A stretch of DNA of 64,000 bases from an uncultured delta proteobacterium (GCA_963803435.1 CAWDML010000007.1:288001-352000); one strand, 5' to 3'. Shown: positions 39,950 to 53,794, numbered from the stretch's first letter. A program made the numbers and translations. Notes: generated by a model not told the origin, from the letters alone.

Positions 39950-41331
39950 TCAATCCCCGGAGCAGGCACCCGCGGGCGCCGTCAGCTCCAGGATCGTCAG
40001 TCCGAGCGGGCTGCCGAAGTCCTGGAGCGTCGCGGCGACCATCGCGTCCCGGCCCAGAGCAGCGATGTGAGAGGCCGCCTCGCTGGTGAACGCCTCGCCC
40101 TCGCAGTAGCCGATGTCCGGGAGATACTGGGCGAATCGATAGCCGAGAAAGTTGAACTCGACGCTGCCGCCCAGGAGGAGGCCGCGCCCCATGGGCGCCA
40201 GTGTCCGCACGAATCCCATCTTCAGCGGGATCGGCAGCGCGCGCCAATCTCCACCGGCGCTCCGGCGCGCGACGATCCCGTCGTCCATTCCAACGATCGT
40301 CCCGAGCTGGGGATGGTGGAGGATCGAAGATGGGCCCGCATCGGACGGGAGGAGCTCCTCGGTGACGATGCCGTGGTCGTAGATCACCACCGAGTTGCGA
40401 TGCTCGCCAGCGCCGATCGCGGCGGCGATGCCCGGCGCGATCCAGGCAGCGGCGGGCAGAAAGATCCCACTGTGCGGCCTCACGCTGGTGAGCATCTGCC
40501 AGCGCTCGCCGTCGAAGCGCGCGAACGTGATCGCGCGGGTGCTGCTGGAGGTCGCGAAGAGCTCGAGCGATGCCTCGGGATCGGTGGGGCCGACCAGAGC
40601 CAGGTAGCGCACCGGGCCGAACGCGGTCGTGGTGGTGACGGTCTCCAGGCCGTCGATCGAGCCGCGGGCGAGGGTGCCGCGATCCGAGAGCATCCACAGC
40701 TCGCCGTCCGCGGCGAGGTAGGCGCCTCGGTACTTGCGATCCTCGAGCGCGCCGACCCGCTCGAGCGCACCGCTTCGGTGGAGCCGGTAGACCCTGCCGT
40801 TTCGCGAGCCCGCCAGCGTGCTCTCGTCGTCGTACGGGAGCAGAAATGCGGTGTCGTCGTGTCCATCCTCGGGGACCGAGATGGTCACCGGATCGAGCGC
40901 CGCACGGCTGGCGCTGCAGACGTTGTCCAGAGGCAGGTCGAGGCGGCGCAGCGCGGCGGCCACCCCATCGCTCATCTCGACGGCGCTCCACGCACCGACG
41001 TCCGCCTGCGCGGAGTCGATCCGCCGCGGCAGAGGCAGGCGTAGATCGTCCCTCGGCGTATCGAGGAGCGGCTGCCGTCCGGGCGAGAGGCCGAGGCGCT
41101 CGATCGGGCAGCCGTAGCCGAGCGCGACGAGCTCGGGATCGCCGCGCCAGGAGAGGGCGGGATAACCACCGCCTGCGGCGAGATCGAACGCCGTCACCCA
41201 CTGCACGGCGTCGCCGTCGAGCGCGACCATGACCATGCCGGCGCTGTCGGCGTCGCTCGGAGGCGGCGCGAGCACGCGCTGATCGTGACAGCCCCCGGCC
41301 ACCAGCAGGAGGGCCGCGCAGGCCGGCCGAA

Positions 41332-41335
<4 letters not shown>
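39950..41335 (-). CDS. hypothetical lipoprotein, probable beta-propeller
   Basis: Lipobox AGGC; repeated short beta-strand blades. Confidence 0.65.
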
Positions 41336-42931
<1,596 letters not shown>

Positions 42932-43094
42932 CGCTCCTGGTCGCGCCCACGCGGGAAAAACAGCGGGATCTTAACCCCTTCTGGGCCCGCCCAGAGAAAC
43001 GCGGTGAGCGCGGTCAAGGATTCCTACCATGGGACGGGCGTGAGGGGCGATCCCGCAGGCCGATCGGGTGGGCGCCTGTGGTATTGCGGGCATC

Positions 43095-43670
43095 ATGGCG
43101 CTCGATCGGGACCAGGCCTGGCGGCTCCTCACCACGTGGACGGCGACGGAGTCGCTCCGGAAGCACGCACGCGCGGTGGAGCTGGTGATGCGCGCCGCCG
43201 CGCTCGAGTACGGTGGGGCGGACGCCGACGTGGAGACCTGGGGGATCGCGGGCATGCTCCACGACGCCGACTACGAGCAATGGCCCGAGTCGCACCCGAA
43301 GAAGACGGTGGCCTGGCTGACCGAGCAGGGCGAGCACGCGATCGCCCACGCGATCAGCGCGCACTACACCCGGTGGGGCGTCGCCTACGAGACCCCGCTC
43401 GATCGAGCGCTCCTGGCCTGCGACGAGCTGACCGGATTCATCGTGGCGTGCGCGCTGATCCGACCCGAGGGCGTGACCACGCTGACCGCCGCCAGCGTCA
43501 AGAAGAAGCTGAAGGACAAGCGCTTCGCGGCCTCGGTCGAGCGCGAGGAGGTCACGAAGGGCGCCGAGCTCCTCGGGGTCGAGCTCGAGCGACACATCGA
43601 CTTCGTGATCCGCGCTCTTCAACCGCACGCCGAAGAGCTCGGGATCCAGGGCCGCCTCACAGCTCCGTGA
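43095..43670 (+). CDS. HD/HDIG-domain hydrolase
   Basis: LRKHARAVE, LHDADYE, CDELTGF. Confidence 0.88.
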   Translation: MALDRDQAWRLLTTWTATESLRKHARAVELVMRAAALEYGGADADVETWGIAGMLHDADYEQWPESHPKKTVAWLTEQGEHAIAHAISAHYTRWGVAYETPLDRALLACDELTGFIVACALIRPEGVTTLTAASVKKKLKDKRFAASVEREEVTKGAELLGVELERHIDFVIRALQPHAEELGIQGRLTAP

Positions 43671-44880
43671 GCTTGCCGCCGGTGACGGTGTACTGCTTCG
43701 ACGGATCGACCTCGTCCGGGATCTGCGCGAGCACTCGATCCGGCTGCGGGCCGATGCGCGTCCCATTGGGGATGATGCGGCCCGGCGCGACGAAGATGTC
43801 GGCGCCCACGAACGCCTCGTGGCCGATGCACGGCCCCAGCACGGCCAGCCCGGTGTCGACCACGCCGTCCTCGGCCTTCACCTTCACGGTGCGCCCGGGC
43901 AGCACGTCGAGCGGCGTGGTTCGCGGCGTGGTGGCGGCCCTCCGGCCCACCAGGCACATCTGCATGCTCGCGCCCACGTTCGCCTCCTCCATCGTCACGG
44001 AGGAGTACACGAGCGTGTATTTGCTGACGTAGGTCCGCGCGCCGATCACGGAATAGGCGACGTTCGCGCGCTCCTCCACGTTGGCGCCCTCGCCGACGAT
44101 CGAGCAGCGGACCAGCGCCTGCGCGCCGATCTTCGCGTTGTCGCCGATGATCGATCCCTCGACGCACGCGGTCGGATGGATGTCGACGTTCTTCCCCACG
44201 AGATTGGCAGCGCCCAGGACGCGCCAGATCATCCGGCCCCGTCGGAAGAGGAGCGCACGCACCAGCATCCACGCCGTCCACAACGGCCGGCGGACCACCG
44301 TGTCGACCCAGCGGATCTGGATAGAGAGCCGGTTTGCCTGGAGCACGTGCAGCCAGTGACGAACGTGCAGCACCACGCTGGTGGTGAGCGGATGGCGCCA
44401 CGCCGAGATGCCGGTGATCTGCTCAGGCACCGGGAAGTCGATCACGCGCTCCTCGTAGACCACCTGCAGCGGCTCGCCGGCGGACGGATCGAACGCCTGG
44501 CCGGCCGCCACTCCCCAGAAATCGAAGAGCGCGTGGGACTCGGTCCGCTCGAAGTCCTGCAGAGCGGCGAACGCGCGGACGAAACCGGCGTCGATCGGGA
44601 GCGCGAGCCTCACGCTGGGGCGGCCCTTCTTCTTCCAGCGCGAGAGGAAACTCTTCAGCACGCGGCGCGTGAAGAGAACGTCGTCCTTGAAGACCAGCTT
44701 CGGCGCGGCGTCGAGCGGGATCTCGGCGGCGTCGGCGACGTCGATCCGCTCGATGCCGAAGCGGGTCAGGAGATCGGTCTGCCACCCGGCGAGGGATCGG
44801 AACCCGCCGATCGGGAGATCGCGCGCAAGATCACCGAACGGCGCGATCGGGCGAGAGGCCGCGACGACGTAGGCGCGCAC
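43657..44880 (-). CDS. left-handed beta-helix (hexapeptide repeat) protein
   Basis: VDIHPTACVEGSIIGDNAKIGA-type hexapeptide repeats; N-terminus resembles a degenerate nucleotidyltransferase. Confidence 0.75.
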   Translation of the reverse strand: MRAYVVAASRPIAPFGDLARDLPIGGFRSLAGWQTDLLTRFGIERIDVADAAEIPLDAAPKLVFKDDVLFTRRVLKSFLSRWKKKGRPSVRLALPIDAGFVRAFAALQDFERTESHALFDFWGVAAGQAFDPSAGEPLQVVYEERVIDFPVPEQITGISAWRHPLTTSVVLHVRHWLHVLQANRLSIQIRWVDTVVRRPLWTAWMLVRALLFRRGRMIWRVLGAANLVGKNVDIHPTACVEGSIIGDNAKIGAQALVRCSIVGEGANVEERANVAYSVIGARTYVSKYTLVYSSVTMEEANVGASMQMCLVGRRAATTPRTTPLDVLPGRTVKVKAEDGVVDTGLAVLGPCIGHEAFVGADIFVAPGRIIPNGTRIGPQPDRVLAQIPDEVDPSKQYTVTGGKLTEL

Positions 44881-45301
44881 GGTCGCTCCGTACCACGCGC
44901 CCGAGGATCAAGCCGAGCCTGACCGCGTGCGGACCTGGGAACTGCGGGGATCTCGTCAGTGGTCGGCGCGGGGCCCCACCCCTGCGGCCGAGCTCGCGGA
45001 GGCGGGGCAGCTCGGCGTGGAGCGCATTGCCCGGGCATGAGGTCCGGGCGCCTGGATGCTCGCGACGGCCGAGGACGTTGATGTCGTCGACCGGGATACC
45101 GTACTCCTGCGCGAGCATACCGAGGATGCGGCCACCGCCCTGGATCATCGACTCAGGCGGGACCTTCGGCTGGAGCTCGGCTCGATCGCAGGTCGCGTCG
45201 CCGGGATCGAAGCAGCCGATGAAGCTGACACCGACGTTGTTGGTGTTGTCGTTGGCGACGTGAGCGCCGAGATAGATCGCCTCGCGCGCCTCCCCAATCA
45301 A
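44831..45301 (-). pseudogene. C-terminal fragment of PGRP/amidase_2 N-acetylmuramoyl-L-alanine amidase
   Basis: GAHV..N..NVGVSFIG, GRREH (normally GHRD/E), TSCPG; N-terminal half missing at the IS border. Confidence 0.7.
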
Positions 45302-45341
45302 TCCGTCGCTAGGAGCGTGTAGCGCGTAGCGCTACCGCGAG

Positions 45342-45389
45342 CCCGGTCCCGGTCCCGGTCCCGGTCCCGGTCCCGGTCCCGGTCCCGAT
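45342..45389 (+). repeat. (CCCGGT)7 + CCCGAT tandem array, left end
   Basis: Read directly from the sequence. Confidence 0.95.
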
Positions 45390-45394
45390 GGCGA

Positions 45395-45590
45395 TCATGC
45401 AGCCCGGCGTGCGTTCATCGACTTGATGAGGCGCGTGAGCATCTCGACAACGCGCTTGAGCTTGGCTTGGCGGCTTGGACCTTCTGCTCGTTGGTGAGTC
45501 GGCGCCTCAAGCAGGTGTGGAGTGAGGCGGCGCTTTCGGTGCCAGAGCGAAGTGCCATCCGATAGAAGCGAGCCCCCGCGAGGCGAGCGA
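45395..45590 (-). pseudogene. 3' fragment of four-helix-bundle (23S rRNA IVP/bAvd-like) protein
   Basis: ARFYRMALRSGTESAASLHTCLRRRL, then after a frameshift LKRVVEMLTRLIKSM. Confidence 0.7.
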
Positions 45591-46738
45591 CCGTACTCGC
45601 CTCGAATGATGATCGCGCTGCTTCTGTACGCCTACTGCACCGGCATCTATTCGTCGCGGAGGATCGCGCGGGCGACCTACGAAGACATTCCATTCCGGGT
45701 GCTGGCTGGAGAAAGTCATCCCCACTTCACGACGATCAACGAGTTTCGGCTCGTCCACCTGGAGGCACTGAAAGCGCTCTTCCTCGAAGCCCTGAAGCTT
45801 TGCCAGAAAGCGGGTTTGGTGCGGCTCGGACACGTCGCACTCGATGCTCGAAGGTGCAGGCGAACGCGAGCAAGCACAAGGCGATGACCTACGAGCGGAT
45901 GGCCGAGGAGGAGAAGCGGCTGTCTCTCGAGATCGAAGAACTGCTGGCGCGAGCGGGCACGATCGACCAAGAGGAAGACGAGCGGCTGGGCGTTGAAGAG
46001 ACTGAAGAGGACATCCCAGCGGAGCTCGCTCGCCGTGAATCCCGCCTTGCCCGCATTCGAGAAGCGAAGGCTGCGCTGGAACAGGATGCCGCCAGGGCTC
46101 GCGCGGAGAAATTGCGCAGGCAAGCCGAAGAGCAGCAGAGCAAAGCGGATGATGCTCTTGTGGATCTGGTGGAGCAGAAGCGAGCGAGAACTCGAGCCGA
46201 GAAGGCAAGAGCGCAGCTGACCAGCTCGAACCATCCCCAGACCCAACTGAACGAAGTGATGGATGGCCGCATCATCGCGTTCCTGCAAATGTGGACGGCA
46301 CACCGAGGCCCAACGCTCAGAGGAACTTCATCGACTCAGACAGCAGGATCATGTTGAAGGAGGGAGCGTACCTCCAGGCCTACAATGCCCAAGTTGTCGT
46401 AGATGAGCACGCTCAGGTGATTGTCGCCGACGGGGTCAGCAACCAGGCACCTGATCAGTGATCAGCAACACCTCGTCCCGATGTTCCAGCCCACACCTGC
46501 CTCGCTCGCTCGCAAGCGAATGCGAGACAAGTTGCAAACGCGCGACGGCAAGGCGGTCTACCCCCGCAGGAAGAGTATCGTCGAACCGGCGCTCGGACAG
46601 ATCAAAGGGGTACGAGGATTCCGCCGGTTCTCGCTCCGCTCCTTCTTCAAGGTACGAGCCGAGGGGACGCTCGTCTGCCTCACCCACAACCTGCTCAAGC
46701 TCTACCGATCGAAGCTCGCGACCGTCGCGAGCGTCTGA
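45590..46738 (+). pseudogene. IS1182-family transposase, 5'-truncated, frameshifted, internally deleted
   Basis: PYSPRMMIALLLYAYCTGIYSSRRI (DUF772), KVQANASKHKAM, YLQAYNAQ, RKSIVEP..GQIK..RGFRRFSLR, HNLLKL. Confidence 0.9.
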
Positions 46739-46758
46739 CTCAAGGCAGCCATCTTCAG

Positions 46759-46800
46759 ATCGGGATCGGGACCGGGACCGGGACCGGGACCCGGACCGGG
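46759..46800 (+). repeat. (ACCGGG/ATCGGG) ~7-unit array, right end, inverted relative to the left array
   Basis: Read directly from the sequence. Confidence 0.95.
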
Positions 46801-46830
46801 GTCGCGTGAGCGCTTACGCGCTACACGCTC

Positions 46831-49800
46831 CTAGCTGTCCTCGAGCAGCTCCGCGAACGCGCGGGTGGTGGCGAACTTCAGCAACGGTAGGTGCCAGGCG
46901 CGTTCGATCCGCCCCTCCGAGAGCGTCTTGAGCGCGCCGATCGCCGCGACCAGCGAGCGGCTCACCACCAGGCCCGAGCGATCCGCCGTCCGCAACACCG
47001 CGGCCCGCTCGGCGGCCAGCGTAGGACGGGCCGGATCTGCGAACCACCGCGACGAGAGATCGATCAACCGCGCGCGGGAGTTCGGCGGGATCGCCTTCTC
47101 CAGCGCACGACCGCGTTTCCGCGTGAGCTTGGGATCGCCGTGCGGTGCCGCCGGATCTTCGGTGCGCGCCAGCCCGACCAGCGCGTCGCGAAGAATGTCG
47201 AGCGGCAGCACCGCCAGCGAGAGCGCGCGAGGGCGAAGCAGCGAGAGCGAGCGGCCGATCAGGAACCGAAGCTCCTCTTCCGGTCGCTGGGCCGCCAGCG
47301 CGAGCGAGACCATCAGCGCCGGCTGGTCGCCGACGAGGCGGGGCGCCACCGCCTCGGTCGCGTCGTCGCGCACGTACACCGGAGGCATCTCGACACCGAG
47401 GACGCCCACCGCGTATTCGAGCGGGCGGCTCACCTGAATGCCGAGCCCCGCCGCGCCCACCAGGTCGCGCTTGCGCGGGTGCGGCTCCGAGATCTCGTCG
47501 GCGAACGCCTTCATCGGCGCATGGCCGAGCCCCGCGAACATCGCTGCCAGCGCCGACTCCTCCTCTGGATGGGGCGGCACCTTCACCGGGCTGAGCGCGT
47601 TCATCATCTGCGTGGTGATCGCGCGGGAGGCCTCGCCGTTGACCGGCATCCGCAGCTCGATCGGGTGGCCCAGCGCGTCGAGCAGCTCCTTCGTCAGGCG
47701 CGCCAGGTCATAATGCCCGCGCATCGCCCGCAGCTGCATCAAGCGCACCAGACCGTCGAGGTAGCCTGGGTCGCGCTCGACGAGCTCACCCCAGGCGTTG
47801 ATCGACTCGTCGAGCAGCTTGGGTGCCGAGGAGGGGTTCTGGGAGGCCACCGAGTCGAGCAGCCGCGCGTAGTCCTCGCGGTAGCGCGCCACCGCGGGTG
47901 CGAGCTCGAGCAGTCGACGGCTCACGGAGAGGGCACGTTCGGGCGCCTCGAGGCGGTAGCGATACAAATCGACGGCCCGCTCGTAGAGCGCGACGGCGGC
48001 CTGCGTGCAATCGCCGTCGGGCGCGTCAATCGCGGTCGATTCGTCCTCGAGGAACCCGGCCGCGGCCTTCTCGACAATCGAGGCCAGCTCGCTGAGGTCT
48101 CCGTCGAACTCGAGCATGACCTCGAGATCGCCGCGGGCCTCCCGGTGCGTGGGCGCGGCGTCGACCGCCTCGATGAGGAGCGCCTTGGCGTCGAGCCGAT
48201 CGCGCCCCGGTCCGGCCGCCAGCCGCGCCGCCCGCAGCAGCAAATCTGCACGAGTGCGGCCCGACGAGAGGCGCGCCGGGAGCGTCAGCGCCTCCGCGGC
48301 GCCGGCCGCGTCGCCGAGCTCATCGCGGTACTTCGCCAGCAGATTGGCGACGCTCAGGTCCTCCGGGGCGAACGTCTGCGCCTCGGAGAGCATCGCGGCA
48401 GCCCGCGCGGCGTCGCGGACTCCCGCCAGCAGCTGCGCCCCCTTCATCAACGCGTCGCGTTTTTGCCGGGGCTCCCGCACCAGCGCCGCCAGCTTCTTGT
48501 GGGCCTCGGCGGCCTCGAACGCGTCACCGAGCTGCGCCAGGACGTCCGCCAGGATCTCCAGCGGCTCGACCAGATTCTCCGCCAGCTGGTGCGCCTTCTT
48601 GGCCAGGCGGGAGGAGGCCGCCGGATCGCCGAGCCGCTGCTTGGCGCGCGCCATCCGGAGATAGATCGGCGCCCGCTCAATCGCGGCCATCGCGCCCTCG
48701 TGATGGAGGATCAGCGTGGCGGAGAGATCGTAGGTCCGCTCATCCTCGCCCTTCTTCTCCATCAGTGCGGAGAGGCGCTCGAGCGGCTCGCGCATCGACG
48801 GCACGCGAGCCAGCGCCTCCTCGTAGGCCGCGAGGGCCTCCTCCACGTTGGAGAGCCGCTCCGCCGCCGTGCCGGCCGCGCGATAGAGCTCGGCCGCGTG
48901 GTCCGGATCGGAGAGGCCGCGACCCGCCGCAATCAGGTGCGGATAGGCGCCCTCGTGATCCTGGCGCGAGAGCAACAGCTCGCCGACGGCCGCCTGCGTC
49001 GCCAGATCTTCCGGATCGTTGAGGAGCACGTGCTCGAAGTGCTCGAGCGCCTTGAGCTCGTCGCCGAGGTGCATCAGCGCGATCTGCCCGGCGCGGCGCG
49101 AGAGCTCGGCGCGGTGGCGCGGCTCGGCGACCAGCTCGGCCGCCCGCGCCGCCAGCTCCTGGGCGCGGACGAAGTCCTCGGCCGCCTCGGCGACCGGGAG
49201 CAGCGCCAGGAGCGCGTCGAGGCACATCGGATCGATCTCGTGGGCCGACTCGTACTTGGCGAGCGCGTCGAGGTCGTCGCCGCGCGCCGCCAGCATCCGA
49301 CCGATCTTCACCAGGAGGCGGGCCCTCTCCGCGTCCTCCTCCTGCTCGCTCAGGCGCTGGAGCGTCTCGATGGCGCGATCCCGATCGCCCCGTCGCTCGG
49401 CCACTCCAGCCAGCAGCTCGAGCGCCGGCTTGTGCCGCGGCACCAGCGCGAGCGCGGCGCCCAGCGCGTCCGAGGCGGACTGCAGATCGTAGTGAACGTC
49501 GGCGCGGATCTCGGCGATCGCCACCCAGGTGTGCGCCTGTTCGTCGCGGTCCGGAAGCGCGAGGACGCGGCGCTCCAGGATGTCGACCACGCCGTCCCAG
49601 TCGCCGTGCTCACGACGAAGGCGCTCAATCTCGTCCATCAGCTCGAGGTTCTTCGGATCCTCGGCCAGCGCCGTCGTGAGCATGTCCAGCGCCAGCTCGA
49701 TCCGGCCGAGGCTCTTCTCGGCGGTACTCGCGATCTCACGGCGGAGCTCGACGCGGGCCTTCGCGTTCTCGAGCAGATCGAGCCGGCGGATCCGTGCGTC

Positions 49801-52558
49801 GACCACGTCCTCCCAGCGGCCGGAGGCCTGCGAGAATCCGCTCGAGCGCCGTCAGGAGCCAATCGTCGCGCGCGCGTTCCTCGAGACCGATCCGCACCAT
49901 CTTCTCGGCGGCGTCCGGATCGTCGAGGTGCTCCTCGTAGATCGAAGCGATCCGGAGCCGCAGCTCTGCCCGCTCCTCGCCCTCGAGGCGGCTGAGCCCT
50001 TCGGAGAGGAACGCGACCAGCTCGTCCCATGATCCGGTACGTTCCAGGATCTCGGCGGCCTCGTCGCGGACGGCGGCCGGATCGGGGGCGCGCGCCGCGA
50101 ACTCCCGGAGGATCGAAGCGGCGCGCTTGGGCTGCGCCAGATCGGTGTCCGCCACCGCGGCCGCCTGGCGGACCAGCGGCCAGGCCTCGGCGGGCTCGCG
50201 ACCGAGGGCGCGCTCGAGCAGCAGGTCGATCCGGTCCTCGTGGCGATCGCCGGCGCTCAACATCGCGAGGAGCCGGTCGAAGACGCGCGGATCGTCACCC
50301 GCAAAGGACTGGAGCGCCTCGAGCCGTGCGATCGCCGCCGGTGGATCGACCAGATCCTCGAGCTCGACCTCCGCCAGGCGGAGCCCCATCTCGATCTCGA
50401 CCTCGCGCCCGAGACTCCGCGAGACCTTCTGCACCGTGTCGATCAGCAGCGGGTAGCCCTGCGCCCGGCGGCCCAGGCGAACCGTCTCCTCCAGCCGCGC
50501 CGTCGTCGGTTCGAGCTGCACCAGCCGGACCATCGAGAAGAACGCCCGCTCCGCCTGCCCCAGCTCTTCGGTGGCACGCACCACCTCCTCCAGCGTCCGG
50601 ACGATCCGCGGGCGATCGTCGGTTGCGGTCGCGGTCTGCAACTCGGCTTGCAAGCGCGCGAGCCGGGAGTCGACCGTGGGCGGTGGGACGGGCGCGGGCG
50701 GAGGAGCCAGGGGCGCCGCGGCCAACGACGCATCGATCGCATGCGCTTCGATCCGAGCGTCACTCACGTCGCGAGTGTCCTCGTCGATCGTGTCGGAGGG
50801 CGCCGGCGGATCGGGCGGTGGCGGCGGAGGAGGCAGGCGGCGCTGCGGCGGCGAGATCGGTATCTCGTCATCCTCGGGCGGCGGCGGCGGCGTCTGGCGG
50901 CCGGCCTCGATCTCCTGCGTCGTCAGCGGCACGACCAGCGGGACGGAGTCGAGTGAGATCGAGACGTCGTCCGGCGGCGGAGGAGGAGGTGGTGGCGGCG
51001 AGGGCGAAGCCGCGGAGGGCGGCGGGGAGGCCTGTCGCGGCGGCGGCGCGAAGTGGGTCTCGTCCTCCGGCGGATAGCCGTCGCCCTCGAACTCGGTCGG
51101 CGCCTCATCCGCCAGCACCTCGATCGCCGACGAGCCCACCATCTCGTCGAGGCGCAGGTCGTCGGTGGGAATCTTGGGGTCGGGGGCCGCGGTCTGGGGC
51201 GCCTCGCGCCCCGGCTCCAGCTCGAGGATGCGGCCGTTCGTGCGCTCGAGCGCCTCCGCATCGTCGAGCCGTTCGTAGAGGCCGGCGAGCTTCTCGAGCT
51301 GCGCGACGGCCTCGGGCGAAGGAACGAGCTCCGCCACCTCCATCTCCAGGAGGCGCGCCATCTGCTCCAGCTCGTCCTTGCGCTCGTGCAGCTTCATCAA
51401 GCGCCGTCTCGCCTCCACGTGCGACGGCTCGTCCTCCAGAATCGCCCAGTAGACCCGAGTGGCGTCCTCATGTTGGCCGAGCACGTTCGCATAGATGTGG
51501 CCGAGCTTGAGGCGAAGATACGTCTTGAGTAACGCATTCTCTGCGGCCCCGGTCACCCATTCATAGATCTGAGCCACCGTGCTCAGCTCGCCCCCGACCA
51601 GACCGAGGCGCATCACCTCATCCAGCAACTCTCGATCTTCCGGGTTCATCTTGAGCGCACGGTTGAGAGCCTGGAGCGCGCGCGCGTAGTCCTCGTGCTC
51701 CAGCTCGAAAATGCGAGCCAGCTCTCTCTCGAGGCGAATGCGGTGTGGCCCTTCGCGCCGCTCGCTCGCGGTCTGCTCCAGCACCTCGGCCAGACCATCG
51801 AACCGCTGTCGCTCTCGGAACACATCTTCGACACCCTGCAGGATCTCAGGGTTGCCGCCGTCGTCGACCAGCGCAGCCTTGAGATAGGCGAGCGCACGCT
51901 GGTGATCGTTGAGCGGTCCCAGGTGGAGCTCCGCGAGCCGCAGCGAGAGGGCGGCCCGGATCCGCGGATCCTCCTGGTTCATGATCAGATCGCCGATCAC
52001 CACGGCCACCTCTTGGACATGTTCGGTGCGCTCACCGAGCTGCTGCAGGCGGCTGATGATCCGGATGTTCTGCGGCGCCAGACGCGAGGCGGTCTTCACC
52101 TCCTCGAACGCAGCGTGCGCATCACCAAGCCGCTCCGAGAGCAGCTCGGCGATGTAGAGGTGGAGCGTGGTGCGCTCGCCGTCGTCGCGCGACCGGGCCA
52201 GGCGCCGGCGGTACAGCGCGATCAGATCGTCCCAGCGGCAGAGGTCGTGGAGGAGCGTACCCAGCGCGAAGAGCGCTCGCCGATGATCCTCCGCGAGCTC
52301 GAGGATCCTTTGATAGCGGTCCGCGGCCGTCTCGAGATCGCTGAGCTCCTCCTCGTAGACCAGCGCCGACTCGACGAGCGCGTCGATGGCGAGCTTCTCC
52401 TCACCCCGCTCCGTGAGGAGACGGGCGCGCTCGGAGAACACGCGCGCGTAGTCGGCAAAGGCCTTCTCCGCCCGGGCGGTCTCGCGCACCAGACGCGCTG
52501 CATCCTCGGAGGTGGGATCCTGGAGGAGCGCCGCGACGTGTCGCTCGAGCTCGGACAA
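46831..52558 (-). CDS. giant TPR-repeat protein (~1900 aa) with Pro/acidic linker, apparent +1 frameshift at ~49836
   Basis: Two TPR ORFs join as ...ALERISQASGRWEDVV... after removing one base. Confidence 0.85.
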
Positions 52559-52612
52559 ACCGACCCGAACCTACACAAAGACCGAAGTGGGCGGTAGGGA
52601 TCGACGGATCGA

Positions 52613-53794
52613 CTATTCGAACGCGGAGATGCCGGTCAGCTCGCGGCCGAGCACCAGCGTGTGGATGTCGTGCGTGCCCTCGTAAGTGTATACGCTTTCG
52701 AGATTGGCCATGTGCCGGAACACGGGATACTCGTCCGCGATCCCGTTGGCGCCCAGCATCTCGCGCGCGGTCCGCGCAATCTCGAGCGCCGCCCTCACGT
52801 TGTTCCGCTTCGCCAGGCTCACCTGGACGTGATTGTAGGTGCCGGCGTCCTTCATCCGACCGAGCTGGAGCGCGACCAGCTGCCCCTTCACGATCTCGGT
52901 GATCATCTCGGCGAGCTTCGCCTGCACCAGCTGGAAGCTCGCGATCGGCTTTCCGAACTGGATGCGCTCCTTGGAGTAGTCGAGCGCGGCCCGGAAGCAG
53001 GCGATCGCAGCGCCCAGCGCACCCCAGGCGATGCCGTAGCGCGCCTGTGTGAGGCAGGACAGCGGGCCGCGCAGGCCGGTCGCGCCCTCCAGAATGTGCG
53101 TCTTCGGCACGCGCACTTCGTCGAACACCAGCCCGCTGGTGATCGAGGCGCGGAGCGAGAACTTGCCTTCGACGTCGTACGCCGTGAAGCCGGGGAGATC
53201 GCGATCGACGACGAAGCCGCGGATGTTCTCCGGGCTGTTGCCGCCGACCTTGGCCCAGACGATCGCGACGCCTGCCACCGAGCCATTGGTGATCCAGAGC
53301 TTCTCCCCCGACAGCACGTAGTGGTCGCCGTCCGGGATCGCCTTCGTGATCATGCCGCCCGGATCGGAGCCGTAGTCCGGCTCGGTCAATCCGAAGCAAC
53401 CGATCAGCTCGCCGCTCGCCATCTTGGGGAGGTAGCGCGTCTTGATCGCCTCGGTGCCGTACTTCCAGATCGGGAACATGGCGAGCGAGCCCTGCACGCT
53501 GGCGAACGACCGCAAGCCGGAGTCGCCGCGCTCGAGCTCCTCCATGGCGAGGCCGTAGATGGTCGAGGAGAGGCCGGGACAGCCGTAGCCGGTCAACGAG
53601 GTACCGAGGAGCCCCATCTCGCCCAGCTCGGTCGACAGCGAGGTCGGGAAGGTGCCGTTCCGAAAGTGCGGCGTGACGATGGGGAGGAAACGCTCGTCGA
53701 CCCAGCGGGCCACACTGTCGCGCACCATCCGCTCCTCCTCCGAGAGCAGCGAATCGACCTGGTAGAGATCCGTCCCGTGGAAAGGCTCCGCCAT
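52613..53794 (-). CDS. gcdH: glutaryl-CoA dehydrogenase
   Basis: ELERGDSGLRS, CFGLTEPDYGSDP, WITNG, SLRASITSGL, YTYEGTHDIH. Confidence 0.88.
   Translation of the reverse strand: MAEPFHGTDLYQVDSLLSEEERMVRDSVARWVDERFLPIVTPHFRNGTFPTSLSTELGEMGLLGTSLTGYGCPGLSSTIYGLAMEELERGDSGLRSFASVQGSLAMFPIWKYGTEAIKTRYLPKMASGELIGCFGLTEPDYGSDPGGMITKAIPDGDHYVLSGEKLWITNGSVAGVAIVWAKVGGNSPENIRGFVVDRDLPGFTAYDVEGKFSLRASITSGLVFDEVRVPKTHILEGATGLRGPLSCLTQARYGIAWGALGAAIACFRAALDYSKERIQFGKPIASFQLVQAKLAEMITEIVKGQLVALQLGRMKDAGTYNHVQVSLAKRNNVRAALEIARTAREMLGANGIADEYPVFRHMANLESVYTYEGTHDIHTLVLGRELTGISAFE

Larger units (their letters stand above)
45309..46834 (+). mobile_element. decayed IS1182-family element with CTAG flanks and ~75 bp imperfect terminal inverted repeats
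   Basis: CTAG at 45309-45312 and 46831-46834; ends GAGCGTGTAGCGCGTA / TACGCGCTACACGCTC; transposase fragments inside. Confidence 0.88.

Noticed and set aside
45342-46800. Repeat arrays as a CRISPR
   Set aside because: Hexamer tandem units with no spacers and no cas genes.
46891-49995. Long antisense or alternate-frame ORFs (also 5598..6983, 39699..41819, 53811..55676)
   Set aside because: Shadow ORFs expected in high-GC DNA opposite well-supported genes; no recognisable motifs.
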